Shown here piece by piece: positions 1-9,468 of a stretch of DNA of 64,000 nucleotides. Under the pieces are notes generated by a model. The model was given only the letters and a program-made list of their open reading frames with translations, made no database searches and was not told where the DNA came from. The position numbers and the translations under genes were made by a program. The DNA is from Candidatus Eremiobacteria bacterium. Lineage in GTDB: Bacteria; Vulcanimicrobiota; Vulcanimicrobiia; Vulcanimicrobiales; Vulcanimicrobiaceae. How positions within the stretch are numbered: the first letter of the stretch is position 1; the number at the start of each line of letters is the position of its first letter. The stretch lies in contig CAVTRC010000002.1 of NCBI GenBank assembly GCA_963737065.1, forward strand, positions 96,001-160,000, written 5' to 3'.

Positions 1-1
1 C

Positions 2-286
2 ATCGACGATTGCGACCTCGTGCTCATCATGAGTGTGAACCCGGGCTTCGGCGGCCAAAAATTCATTCCGCGCTCGCTCGCAAAACTGCGAGAAGCGCGA
101 GACCTCGTCGACGTGCGCAATCCGGCGTGTATTCTCGAAGTCGACGGGGGTATCGGCAGCAACAACATCCGCGAAGTCGTCGATGCCGGCGCGCGCGCGA
201 TCGTGATGGGGTCGAGTATTTTCGGAACGCCGGACCCCGGCGAAACGACACGAAAAATGCGTGCGCTGTTGCACGCATCTCCCTAG
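2..286 (+). CDS. rpe: Ribulose-phosphate 3-epimerase, 3' part (truncated by window start)
   Basis: Motifs LIMSVNPGFGGQKFI, LEVDGGI and VMGSSIFG. Confidence 0.95.
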   Translation: MDDCDLVLIMSVNPGFGGQKFIPRSLAKLREARDLVDVRNPACILEVDGGIGSNNIREVVDAGARAIVMGSSIFGTPDPGETTRKMRALLHASP

Positions 287-1263
287 TGACCGAAGACGAA
301 TTGGTATGCGCGATTGCGGAACTGACGCGTCGCGAACACTCGCGAGTAACGATCGGCATAGGCGATGACGCCGCCGTGTGGCAGCCGTCTCGCTCGCACC
401 GCAGCGTCGTCACGACCGACGCGCTGATCGAAAACGTGCACTTTTCGCTCGCGTGGATGACCCGGGAAGACGCCGGATGGCGGGCGATGGCCGCAAGCGC
501 GAGCGACGTCGCCGCGATGGGCGCGCGGCCGCGCCTCGCGACCGTCGCGCTCGGCGTGCCGGCTGAAGCGCGCGCCGACGCGATTCTCGAATGGTATTGC
601 GGAATGGAGGCCTGTGCGCGCGCGACCGGGATCGAAATCGCGGGCGGTGATCTTACGCGCGCGCCGGTGTGGATGATTTCGATTACGGCGATCGGTGAAG
701 TGCGCGCGTCGAGTCTGAAGTTGCGATCGGGTGCGCGCGCCGGCGACGTGCTCGCGCTTACCGGCGAAATTGGAGCAAGCCGTGCGGGACTGCTACATCT
801 GCGGGGCGACATCGCGCTCGATGAAAGCGACGCCGTTCCCGCGCTACGCGCACATCGGCGTCCCGTGCCGCGTGTTGCCGAAGGCCGGTGGCTCGGCGCG
901 AGCGGAAACGTCCATGCGATGATGGATTGCTCCGACGGGCTTTCGACCGATCTGTTTCGCCTACTCGGTGCGTCGCGCGCCGGAGCCGTCGTCGACGCTG
1001 TACCGGTTGCATCGTCAGCGCGCGCCGCCGCCGCGCAGACCGGTATCGACGCGTATCAGTTTGCGCTCGCGGGGGGCGAGGATTTCGAGTTGATCGTCGC
1101 CGTCGCGCCGCGCGCGTTTCCGTATCTCGCGGCACGCTTCAATGCGCGTTTCGGGCGGATGCTCCACCGGGTAGGGACGGTTGAAGCGGACGAGCGTGTC
1201 TTCCTCGTGAATGACGGTCGCGAAGACCGCTTAGAGCGCACCGGCTGGGAACATTTCGGATGA
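286..1263 (+). CDS. thiL: Thiamine-monophosphate kinase
   Basis: GIGDDAA, TTDALIENVHF, SDVAAMGARP, GGDLT, MDCSDGL, GGEDFEL; GTG start overlaps the rpe stop. Confidence 0.95.
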   Translation: MTEDELVCAIAELTRREHSRVTIGIGDDAAVWQPSRSHRSVVTTDALIENVHFSLAWMTREDAGWRAMAASASDVAAMGARPRLATVALGVPAEARADAILEWYCGMEACARATGIEIAGGDLTRAPVWMISITAIGEVRASSLKLRSGARAGDVLALTGEIGASRAGLLHLRGDIALDESDAVPALRAHRRPVPRVAEGRWLGASGNVHAMMDCSDGLSTDLFRLLGASRAGAVVDAVPVASSARAAAAQTGIDAYQFALAGGEDFELIVAVAPRAFPYLAARFNARFGRMLHRVGTVEADERVFLVNDGREDRLERTGWEHFG

Positions 1264-1346
1264 AAACGATCGAAGCAATGTGCTTGTGCGAGCTGAAGTT
1301 CGAGCCGCCGAAGCATACAATCGTTTACGGGTAAGCTGAACGTCAC

Positions 1347-1784
1347 ATGCTTTCTCAGACGCTCTATTTGGGCGAAAACGACGGCAAGCCGCACGTCCGT
1401 ATCGAAGTGACGGGATTCGAACATCCCGACACGGTGGAACCGCACGGCATGGACCTCCTGCGCTGTGTGGTGCACGCGGTCGCGCCGCCGGTGAATGCGC
1501 CGTTCGACGTGTCGATGCGCGTCGAAGAGTTTACCGACTTGCGCGGCTATCTCGCGCAAATCAATTCCGGCAATGGACCGGCGGGGACGTTTTCCCTCGC
1601 GGGCGGACTCTTCGAGCTGTCCTTCGCGCCCAGCCGCCGCGGCCCGGTACTGTGCGGTGTTCGTTTGAAAAGCATCGAAAGCTCGCACGTGCGCGTCGAG
1701 TACATGGTGACGCTCGAGCCGGAGAACATATCACGTGCGCTGATGGATCTCTCCGCGCTGCATAGCGCGGCGGCCGCAGAATAA
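1347..1784 (+). CDS. Hypothetical protein, 145 aa
   Basis: ATG ORF filling the gap between thiL and a terminator, with protein-like composition. Confidence 0.7.
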   Translation: MLSQTLYLGENDGKPHVRIEVTGFEHPDTVEPHGMDLLRCVVHAVAPPVNAPFDVSMRVEEFTDLRGYLAQINSGNGPAGTFSLAGGLFELSFAPSRRGPVLCGVRLKSIESSHVRVEYMVTLEPENISRALMDLSALHSAAAAE

Positions 1785-1810
1785 AAGAACCGCTCGAATC
1801 GAGCGGTTCA
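1783..1810 (-). terminator. Intrinsic terminator downstream of rpmB
   Basis: Hairpin GAACCGCTC-gaatc-GAGCGGTTC followed by a T run on the minus strand. Confidence 0.7.
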
Positions 1811-1832
1811 AGTGATCGTGTCGCGGAGAACC

Positions 1833-2024
1833 TCAGACGGCGCGCGTAACGCGCTTCGAGCGCATGCATTGCGTGCACACTTTCGCGGTGCGGTGCGTTC
1901 CCCGATCGTTGACTTTCACCGACTGCAGATTCGGCAGCCACCGGCGTTTCGTCTTGTTCATCGCGTGGCTGACGTTGTTGCCGGCTTTCGGCCCTTTGCC
2001 ACAAATTTCGCAGCGCTTCGCCAT
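1833..2024 (-). CDS. rpmB: 50S ribosomal protein L28 (two CxxC motifs)
   Basis: [34 protein letters not shown]...VCTQC. Confidence 0.97.
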   Translation of the reverse strand: MAKRCEICGKGPKAGNNVSHAMNKTKRRWLPNLQSVKVNDRGTHRTAKVCTQCMRSKRVTRAV

Positions 2025-2200
2025 CGCAAACGTTCCTTATGTTTTTGAGAGCTGATATAGACGTCATCGCGGTTCGGCCCGAAGCGCCAAACGAAACGGA
2101 TCCGGCGTAGCCGAACCCTCGGGACAACCCGCAGATGATATCACGGCGCTGCCGGCATTGACAAGGATTCCGTTAGCCAAGGCTAGCAGACCGCACCCCC

Positions 2201-3790
2201 GTGGACGTCATCGCACTCGACGGCCGCGCCTACGCGAAATTTCTGGCGGCCGGGACCTATTTCTTGCGGAAGTACCGCCAGGTCCTCAACGACCTCAACG
2301 TCTTTCCGGTTCCCGACGGCGATACGGGAACGAATATGTACCTGACCGCGCGCTCGGCGATGACGGAAGCGGGCAAGGTGCAGAGTGCTCGCCTAGCCGA
2401 CGTCGCCGCCGCTGCGGCCGCCGGCAGCCTCATGGGTGCGAGGGGCAACTCGGGCGTCATCATTTCGCAGATGCTGCGCGGTTTCGCGCACCACGTTCGC
2501 CACCGCGGTGACATCGATACGTTCGTGTTCGCCACCGCGATGCGTGAAGCGGTCGGCGCTGCGAAGCAGGCACTGCTCAAGCCGGTCGACGGGACCATTA
2601 TCTCAGTTGCGGAAGCTGCTGCCGAGGCGGCGTACCGGCTGGCGCTCCACGAACGCGATTTCTACCGCTTGGCCAACGGCGTGCTGCGTGCCGCCAATGA
2701 CGCGCTGGACAGGACGCCCCAGCAATTGCCGGTACTCAAAGAAGCCGGCGTGGTGGATTCGGGCGGCGCGGGATTCGTCTATTTCCTCGAAGGCATCTTA
2801 CGGTTTTTGCCCGATGTGAAAGTGCGTGCGACCGCGTTTCCGCGCCGGCCGGTACGGCAAAGCGTCTTCACTGCCGCACAAGTCGTCGGTGAGAACAAAT
2901 ATTGTACCGAGTTCGTTCTCGAAAACGCGCGCTGCAGCGTCAACGAATTGCGCGAGCAGCTTACGCCGCGCGGCGAGTCGCTTCTCGTTGCGGGTGACGC
3001 GCCGACGATTAAAGTGCACGTTCATACCGACAATCCGGAACGCGTGCAAGAGATCGCGGGACGCCACGGATCGCTTACGCGCGTCAAGGTTGACAATATG
3101 GAGCAACAACACCAGCTGCTGGTCGTCGATACGCCGCGAATCGAACGTTCTATCGTTGCCGTCGTTCCGGGTCCCGGTTTCGACCGCATCGCGCGCGAAC
3201 TTGGGGCCGAAGTCACCGTCGCGGGCGAGAAGAATCCGAGTGTGCGTGACCTCTTGCTCGCGGTGAACAAAACGCTCGGAGAAGATGTCTATCTTTTCGT
3301 CAACGACAAGAACGTCGCGCTCGCAGCCAGTGAAGCCGCAAAGCTGACGAATAAGCGGCTGCACGTCATTCCGACCGAGGACATCGTCGGGGGCATAGCG
3401 GGGCTCTTCGCGATGCGAGGCGCCCGCAATGGAGCGATGACGGTCGACGCATTGACATCGGCCGCGGCTCGCGTTGCAGGTGCGCAGTTGTTTTTTGCCG
3501 GCAAAGACGCGAGCGTTCGCGGCACTTCGGTCGCGAAAGGAAAACCGGCGGCGCGAGCCGCCGGCGAGCTCTATTCAGCAGAGACGCTCAGCGAGACGGC
3601 GGCGCTCGCGCTGCGCGCGATGGGCGCGGCGGACGGCAGTCTCGTCACGCTCTACTATGGAGGGACGCAGAAAGAGCGCGACGCGCAGCGCTTAGCTCAG
3701 GAGCTATGTGCGGTATTTCCGGGCGCCGACGTCGAATACTACTACGGCGGTATGAAGAACGCGGAGTACTGGATGTCACTCGATGAGTAA
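2201..3790 (+). CDS. DAK2-domain fatty acid kinase subunit A-like protein (FakA/YloV family)
   Basis: LNDLNVFPVPDGDTGTNM, GARGNSGVI, GVVDSG, YCTEF, KVHVHT, KVDNM; usual neighbour of rpmB. Confidence 0.92.
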   Translation: MDVIALDGRAYAKFLAAGTYFLRKYRQVLNDLNVFPVPDGDTGTNMYLTARSAMTEAGKVQSARLADVAAAAAAGSLMGARGNSGVIISQMLRGFAHHVRHRGDIDTFVFATAMREAVGAAKQALLKPVDGTIISVAEAAAEAAYRLALHERDFYRLANGVLRAANDALDRTPQQLPVLKEAGVVDSGGAGFVYFLEGILRFLPDVKVRATAFPRRPVRQSVFTAAQVVGENKYCTEFVLENARCSVNELREQLTPRGESLLVAGDAPTIKVHVHTDNPERVQEIAGRHGSLTRVKVDNMEQQHQLLVVDTPRIERSIVAVVPGPGFDRIARELGAEVTVAGEKNPSVRDLLLAVNKTLGEDVYLFVNDKNVALAASEAAKLTNKRLHVIPTEDIVGGIAGLFAMRGARNGAMTVDALTSAAARVAGAQLFFAGKDASVRGTSVAKGKPAARAAGELYSAETLSETAALALRAMGAADGSLVTLYYGGTQKERDAQRLAQELCAVFPGADVEYYYGGMKNAEYWMSLDE

Positions 3791-4793
3791 GGCACGCATC
3801 GCCATCGACGCAATGGGTGGAGATCATGCGCCCGACGAGATCGTCGCCGGTACCGTTCTTGCGGCGAACGAATGCGACGCGGAGCTGACGCTCGTCGGAG
3901 ATGAGTCTCGCGTGCGCGCATTACTGCGCGGCCCCGGTTCAGAAAAGATCGCCGTCGCGCACGCTCCTGAAGCCGTGCCGATGGATCAGCATGCATCCGC
4001 TTCGCTGCGTTCGTCCGATCGCACCTCGCTCGGCGTTGCGGTCAATCGGGTGAAAAACGGCGAGGCGGACGCCGTCGTCTCGGCCGGGAATAGCGGCGCG
4101 TTTCTCGCGATTGCGCTCATCAAATTGCGCACGATCGAAGGGATTGCGCGGCCCGCGATCGCGACGGTGTGGCCGGCGCTTCACGGTCCGACCGTGCTTC
4201 TCGATTCCGGTGCGAACGTCGATTGCCGTCCGGAGTGGCTCGAACAATTCGGCATGATGGGTTCCGCGTATGCGAAGGCGGTGCTGGGCATTGAGAATCC
4301 GCGAGTCGCGATTCTCTCCGTCGGCGAAGAACGCACGAAGGGCAATACGCAAGTACTCGAAGCGGCGCAGTTGCTCGATAAAGCGCCGGTCCACTTCATC
4401 GGCAACATCGAGGGCAAAGACATGTTTCACAATGCAGCCGACGTCATCGTCGCCGACGGATTCGTCGGCAACATCGTCTTGAAGACCGGCGAAGGCATGG
4501 TCTCGGCGATGGGCACGGTAATCAAAGACACGCTGCTTGGAAGCGGACTGCTGACAAAGCTCGGCACGGCGATGCTCGCGCCCGCGCTGCGCGGTTTGAG
4601 GCGGAAGTTCGACTACGAGACGTATGGCGGCGCGCCGCTGCTCGGGTTACGCGGAAACTGTATCGTAACGCACGGGCGCGCATCGCGGCGAGCGATCAAA
4701 CACGCGATCGGCGCCGCGATCGCGGAAGTCGATCATGACGTCGTCGGCAAGATCACCGAACTCGTAAAGCCGCACCTCGCGAAAGAGGCGTAG
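3783..4793 (+). CDS. plsX: Phosphate acyltransferase PlsX
   Basis: IAIDAMGGDHAP, VSAGNSGA, LDSGAN, DGFVGN, YGGAPLLGL. Confidence 0.96.
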   Translation: MSKARIAIDAMGGDHAPDEIVAGTVLAANECDAELTLVGDESRVRALLRGPGSEKIAVAHAPEAVPMDQHASASLRSSDRTSLGVAVNRVKNGEADAVVSAGNSGAFLAIALIKLRTIEGIARPAIATVWPALHGPTVLLDSGANVDCRPEWLEQFGMMGSAYAKAVLGIENPRVAILSVGEERTKGNTQVLEAAQLLDKAPVHFIGNIEGKDMFHNAADVIVADGFVGNIVLKTGEGMVSAMGTVIKDTLLGSGLLTKLGTAMLAPALRGLRRKFDYETYGGAPLLGLRGNCIVTHGRASRRAIKHAIGAAIAEVDHDVVGKITELVKPHLAKEA

Positions 4794-4795
4794 CA

Positions 4796-5650
4796 CTGTC
4801 GCTGCAGATCGTGACCGACAGCACGTCGGATATTTCGCCCGAACGCGCGCGTTCGCTCGGGATCACGGTCGTGCCGCTTTTCGTCGTTTTCGGCGATCGC
4901 AGCTATCGCGATTACGTGGACTTGAGCCGTTGGCAGTTCTACGAGATGCTCGCGAACGAAAAAACGCTTCCGACCACCTCGCAGCCGTCTTCGCAGATGT
5001 TCGAAGAAGCGTTCCGGCCACTCGTCGATGCGGGTGACGAGATTCTTTGCATCACGATCTCTTCGTTTCTCTCGGGAACGATCAATGCGGCTCGCGCTGC
5101 CGCGCAAACGTTTCCCGACGCTTCGATCGAGATATACGACTCGCAGAGCGTTGCCGGCGGTCTCGGTATGATGACGATGCGCGCAAGAGACCTTGCCACG
5201 CGCGGCGCGAGCCGCGCGGAGGTCGTGCACGCGCTTGACTCCGAGCGCGTAACCCAACGTCTCTACGCGTCCATTCCGGATCTCTCGCATCTTCAGCGAA
5301 CCGGACGCATCGGTAAAGCGCAGCAAGTCCTCGGAACGTTGATGAAGATCGTTCCGGTGCTCGCGCTCAAAGACGGGCAAGTGGCCGCGGAAGCGCAGGT
5401 TCGTACGTTCAATCGCGCGCAGGACGCGATGCTCGACCTTGCGATGAACGCGGTAAGCGACGTAACGAAGGCGCGTTTTCTCGTCATGCACACCAACGCG
5501 CCGCAGCTTGCGGAGAACGCGCTCATCAAAGTCAAAGATCGCATCGACGGCACACCGCGGCTCCTCGAGATTCTAGAAGCCGGCCCGGTAATCGCGACGC
5601 ACGCAGGCGCCGGCGCGGTCGGAATCTTCGTCGCGCAAGATGCGCTTTGA
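4796..5650 (+). CDS. DegV family fatty-acid-binding protein (FakB-like); start probably CTG at 4796, otherwise GTG at 4811
   Basis: IVTDSTSD, PTTSQPS, ISSFLSGT, GRIG, IATHAG motifs. Confidence 0.92.
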   Translation: MSLQIVTDSTSDISPERARSLGITVVPLFVVFGDRSYRDYVDLSRWQFYEMLANEKTLPTTSQPSSQMFEEAFRPLVDAGDEILCITISSFLSGTINAARAAAQTFPDASIEIYDSQSVAGGLGMMTMRARDLATRGASRAEVVHALDSERVTQRLYASIPDLSHLQRTGRIGKAQQVLGTLMKIVPVLALKDGQVAAEAQVRTFNRAQDAMLDLAMNAVSDVTKARFLVMHTNAPQLAENALIKVKDRIDGTPRLLEILEAGPVIATHAGAGAVGIFVAQDAL

Positions 5651-6792
5651 TCACCGTGAATGCCGAGTTGGGTGTCTACGTGCACCTTCCGTTTTGTCCG
5701 TATATTTGTCCGTACTGTGACTTTGCGAAGTGGCCGATGCGCCGAAGCATCGCATCGCAGTATCTCGAAGCGCTGTACAGCGAAATCGAGGAGCAGCCGA
5801 TCGAAGCGGCAGCGACGCTCTTTCTCGGCGGCGGCACGCCGAACGCGTATCGTGCCGATGAGATCGCGGCATTGCTTGCACGCCTTCGTGCGATCTACGA
5901 CGTCCAAAGCAGCGTGTCGGAAACGACGATCGAAGTGAATCCGGAGCTCATTGCACCCGGCGATTTCGAGCACTACGCCGCAGCCGGAGTCTCGCGCCTG
6001 TCGATCGGCGTCCAATCGTTCGACGCTGCGGAGATCGAGACGCTCGGAAGAAAGCATACGTCCGGACAGATTCGTGCAGCCGTCGAAGGCGCGCGTTCTG
6101 CGGCTATTGCGTCGGTTTCACTCGATCTCATCTTCGCCGTTCCCGGCCAAACGGTCACATCGTGGGATCGCTCGTTGCGCGCGGCGATCGACCTCGGCGT
6201 CGATCACGTCTCGACATACGGACTCACGATTGAGGAAGGGACGCCCTACGAACGGTGGTACGAGCGCCAGCCATCCGCATTTTTCGATGATGCACGCGAA
6301 GCGGATCTCTACGACCGCGCGATCGATGTGCTCGAGCGCGCCGGATACGAACACTACGAGATCAGCAGCTTTGCGAAACCCGGGCATCGCAGTGCGCACA
6401 ACGGCAACTATTGGCGTAACGGCGAATACGCCGGGCTCGGCGTCGGCGCCGCGTCATATCGCAACGGCGAACGATGGGTAAACACGCGCGATCTCAAGGT
6501 CTATCTCGATGCGGCGCTGGCGCGAACGCCGATTCCCGCGCAAAGCGAGCGTCTTCCGGCACATAAAGCGTGCGGAGAAGGACTGATGCTTGCTCTGCGA
6601 ACGGCGCAAGGGGTGGGACTGTGCGAGTTCAAGAAGCGGTACGGCGTTGACGTCGAGGAGCATTACGCTCCGGTAATCGCCCGCTATGGCGACGCGGGAT
6701 TGCTGGAAATCGAAGAAGGCCGAATGCGGTTGACGCGACGCGGAAAATTTCTTGCTAACGACGTGTGCGGAGCCTTTGTAACATTCGAGTAG
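5647..6792 (+). CDS. hemW: Radical SAM heme chaperone HemW (HemN-like)
   Basis: YVHLPFCPYICPYCDF (CxxxCxxC), GGGTP, RLSIGVQSF, YEISSF, HNGNYW. Confidence 0.92.
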   Translation: MITVNAELGVYVHLPFCPYICPYCDFAKWPMRRSIASQYLEALYSEIEEQPIEAAATLFLGGGTPNAYRADEIAALLARLRAIYDVQSSVSETTIEVNPELIAPGDFEHYAAAGVSRLSIGVQSFDAAEIETLGRKHTSGQIRAAVEGARSAAIASVSLDLIFAVPGQTVTSWDRSLRAAIDLGVDHVSTYGLTIEEGTPYERWYERQPSAFFDDAREADLYDRAIDVLERAGYEHYEISSFAKPGHRSAHNGNYWRNGEYAGLGVGAASYRNGERWVNTRDLKVYLDAALARTPIPAQSERLPAHKACGEGLMLALRTAQGVGLCEFKKRYGVDVEEHYAPVIARYGDAGLLEIEEGRMRLTRRGKFLANDVCGAFVTFE

Positions 6793-6827
6793 CGGGCAAC
6801 AACCTTTCCGGCGCGATTTTGCGAACG

Positions 6828-7889
6828 ATGTTTATCGTCGTGTTCGCAGTGACGGGCTTTTTGCTCGGCCGCGAAGCGTACTTAGGCATCCTCTCGCTTC
6901 ACGTCGCGAATGAAGCGCTTCAGATCGCGCTCTCGATTGGTTCGTCGGTGGCCGGTGCGCTTGTCGGCGTGCTGGTGGCGCCATTCGCGCAGAGCTTCTT
7001 CGAAGACGAGCTCATCGTCGCCGAAGGCGCAATCGAACGCCTGTCCCCAGCCGAAGTCGCCGGGGGCGCGATCGGCCTCATCGCGGGGCTCGGCATTTCA
7101 CTGCTCGTGAAGAACATTGCATTCGAGTTCGTAAACTTCGCAGGACGCTCGGGCCATTATCTTGCGATCGTGTTGTACTTGATCGTTGCGGCTTTTTGCG
7201 CCTATCTCGGCGCGCGTGTCGGCGCGAAAATCGGAATGCGGCCGCTCGGCGATCGCGCCGATACGGCGCCCGCTAAAATCGTAGATACGTCCGTGATCAT
7301 CGATGGCCGCATCCTGGAGATCGTCGAGAGCGGATTTTTGGAAGGGACCCTCGTCGTACCGCGTTTCGTGTTGCGCGAACTGCAGACGATTGCCGATTCC
7401 GTCGATCCGCTCAAGCGCACGCGCGGGCGGCGCGGTCTCGAAGTGTTGAGCCGTTTGCAAGAACTGCGCGCGTTAGACATCAGCGAGCGCGATTACAGCG
7501 ATCTGCCGCCCGGAAACGTCGACGCGAAGCTCGTTCGCCTCGCACGCGAGACGAGCGGTAAATTATTGACCAACGATTACAATCTCAATCGTGTCGCAAG
7601 CGTCGAGCGGGTCGACGTGTTGAATATCAACGAACTTTCGAATGCGGTGAAGCCGGTCGTTCTTCCGGGCGAAGAGATGAACGTTCACGTGATTCGCGAG
7701 GGAAAAGAACCGAATCAAGGCGTTGCATATCTCGACGACGGGACGATGATCGTCGTCGAACAAGGGCGCCGACTCATCGGCGAAGAGACCGACGTCGTCG
7801 TCACGAGCGTGTTGCAAACCGTCGCCGGCCGCATGATTTTTGCGCGACCAAAGCCAGGGCCCGTCCACTCAGCGCCGCATGGTACGTAG
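6828..7889 (+). CDS. Membrane-anchored PIN/TRAM domain protein (YacL family); start approximate
   Basis: N-terminal TM helices, KIVDTSVIIDGRI, RGRRGL, TNDYNLN, GKEPNQGVAYLDDGTMIVVE, VTSVLQT; usual position upstream of ispD. Confidence 0.92.
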   Translation: MFIVVFAVTGFLLGREAYLGILSLHVANEALQIALSIGSSVAGALVGVLVAPFAQSFFEDELIVAEGAIERLSPAEVAGGAIGLIAGLGISLLVKNIAFEFVNFAGRSGHYLAIVLYLIVAAFCAYLGARVGAKIGMRPLGDRADTAPAKIVDTSVIIDGRILEIVESGFLEGTLVVPRFVLRELQTIADSVDPLKRTRGRRGLEVLSRLQELRALDISERDYSDLPPGNVDAKLVRLARETSGKLLTNDYNLNRVASVERVDVLNINELSNAVKPVVLPGEEMNVHVIREGKEPNQGVAYLDDGTMIVVEQGRRLIGEETDVVVTSVLQTVAGRMIFARPKPGPVHSAPHGT

Positions 7890-8032
7890 ATGGATTCCTT
7901 GCTCGCCTGCACCGCGCTGCTCACCGGGCACGCATCTGAGGCTTCGCGCACTCTTCCCGCCTTGCGAGGGCGAGGAATGAACGGAATCCGGTGCCATGCA
8001 ACGACCGGCGAACGCCCACATCGGACGGTTCG

Positions 8033-8986
8033 ATGAATTGGGGAGCGATTGTCGTCGCCGCTGGACGCGGTACTCGCTTCGGTGGCCCGAAGCAGTTCGT
8101 CGAGATCGGCGGGCTGCCGATGATCGGCTGGTCGATCCGAACGTTCGCCGCGATGCCCGAGATCGGCGAACTGGTCCTCGTCACCGAGGACGAATGGCTT
8201 GAGCCGATGCGCTCGCTCGCATCGCAACTCGCGCCGGCGCATACACCGGCGATGGTTGAAGGCGGTCCGTCGCGTCACGCGAGCGTACGCAACGGTTTGC
8301 ATGCGTTGTCCGATCGTTGCGGCGGAGTGCTCGTGCATGATGGTGCGCGTCCGCTGGTTCGTGCCGAAGACGTCCGCAAGGGGATGCGCGAAGTACGTGC
8401 CGGGCGTGCAGCGGTGCTCGCCGCGCCGGTCGTCGACACGATCAAGATTGTCGATCCGGCGACAATGCTCGTTCGAAAGACGCTCGATCGCGGTGAGCTG
8501 TGGGCGGCGCAAACGCCCCAATTCTCTATGCGACGTGAGCTTCAGCGCGCGCACATCGAGGCGCAGCGTGCCGGGACCGAAGCGACGGACGACGTGACGC
8601 TGCTCGAAGCAATCGGCATTGAGGTAATGGCCGTTGCGTCGTCGGCCGAGAATTTCAAAGTGACGCATCCGCCGGACGTTGCGCGTGCCGAGACGCTCTT
8701 GCGCGAGCGGCTCGACCACGCGCCCGAAGAAGACGAGGTGTTACTCATCGAAGTCTTTGCAGACGACGCGCTCGTCGAGGCGATCGAGCGTGAGTTGGAA
8801 TCGCGCGGCGCAACGATCGACGCTATCGATCGCGACCTCCCGCGCGGTGCGATCGTCCGCGCCTACGTGTCGTCGAACGCCTTGCGCGGATTCGGTTCGC
8901 GATTCGAAGCGTTTGGCGACGGTACGGCGACGTTCACGACGCGCTTTTCGCATTACGGGGGCCGCGGCGAAGGAGTCCGTGCGTGA
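8033..8986 (+). CDS. ispD: 2-C-methyl-D-erythritol 4-phosphate cytidylyltransferase with an extra ~80-aa C-terminal domain
   Basis: AAGRGTRFGGPKQF, VHDGARP, AQTPQ, TDD, NFKVTHPPD; ORF continues about 90 codons past the normal IspD end. Confidence 0.93.
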   Translation: MNWGAIVVAAGRGTRFGGPKQFVEIGGLPMIGWSIRTFAAMPEIGELVLVTEDEWLEPMRSLASQLAPAHTPAMVEGGPSRHASVRNGLHALSDRCGGVLVHDGARPLVRAEDVRKGMREVRAGRAAVLAAPVVDTIKIVDPATMLVRKTLDRGELWAAQTPQFSMRRELQRAHIEAQRAGTEATDDVTLLEAIGIEVMAVASSAENFKVTHPPDVARAETLLRERLDHAPEEDEVLLIEVFADDALVEAIERELESRGATIDAIDRDLPRGAIVRAYVSSNALRGFGSRFEAFGDGTATFTTRFSHYGGRGEGVRA

Positions 8987-9468
8987 CGAGGGTCGGACAC
9001 GGTTTTGACGCGCACCGCTTCAGCCCCCGACGGCGCCTCGTGCTCGGCGGAGTTGAAGTTCCCCACGATAGCGGACTGCTTGGCCATTCGGATGCCGACG
9101 TCGTCGCCCATGCGGTCTCCGACGCACTTCTCGGCGCTGCCGCTCTCGGCGATCTCGGCGGCCATTTTCCCGACACCGACCCGAAATGGAAGGACGCCGA
9201 CTCGATGGTGCTGCTCGAGGCGTGCATGCAATCCGTCCGCGATGCCGGATACGCCGTTTCGAACGTCGATGCGACGATCGTCGTCGATCGTCCGAAGCTC
9301 GCGCCCTATATCGGAGCGATGCGCGAAAACCTCGCGACGCGTCTCCAATTGCCGCTCGAACGCATTAGCATCAAAGCGAAGACGAGCGAAGGAATGGGGT
9401 ATACGGGAGACGGCACCGGGGTCGCGGCGTATGCGGTCGCCGCTATAGAGAAGAGGGAGCGCGCCTAA
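8983..9468 (+). CDS. ispF: 2-C-methyl-D-erythritol 2,4-cyclodiphosphate synthase
   Basis: RVGHGFDAHRF, LGHSDADV, GDLGGHFPD, IKAKTSEGMG. Confidence 0.96.
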   Translation: MTRVGHGFDAHRFSPRRRLVLGGVEVPHDSGLLGHSDADVVAHAVSDALLGAAALGDLGGHFPDTDPKWKDADSMVLLEACMQSVRDAGYAVSNVDATIVVDRPKLAPYIGAMRENLATRLQLPLERISIKAKTSEGMGYTGDGTGVAAYAVAAIEKRERA

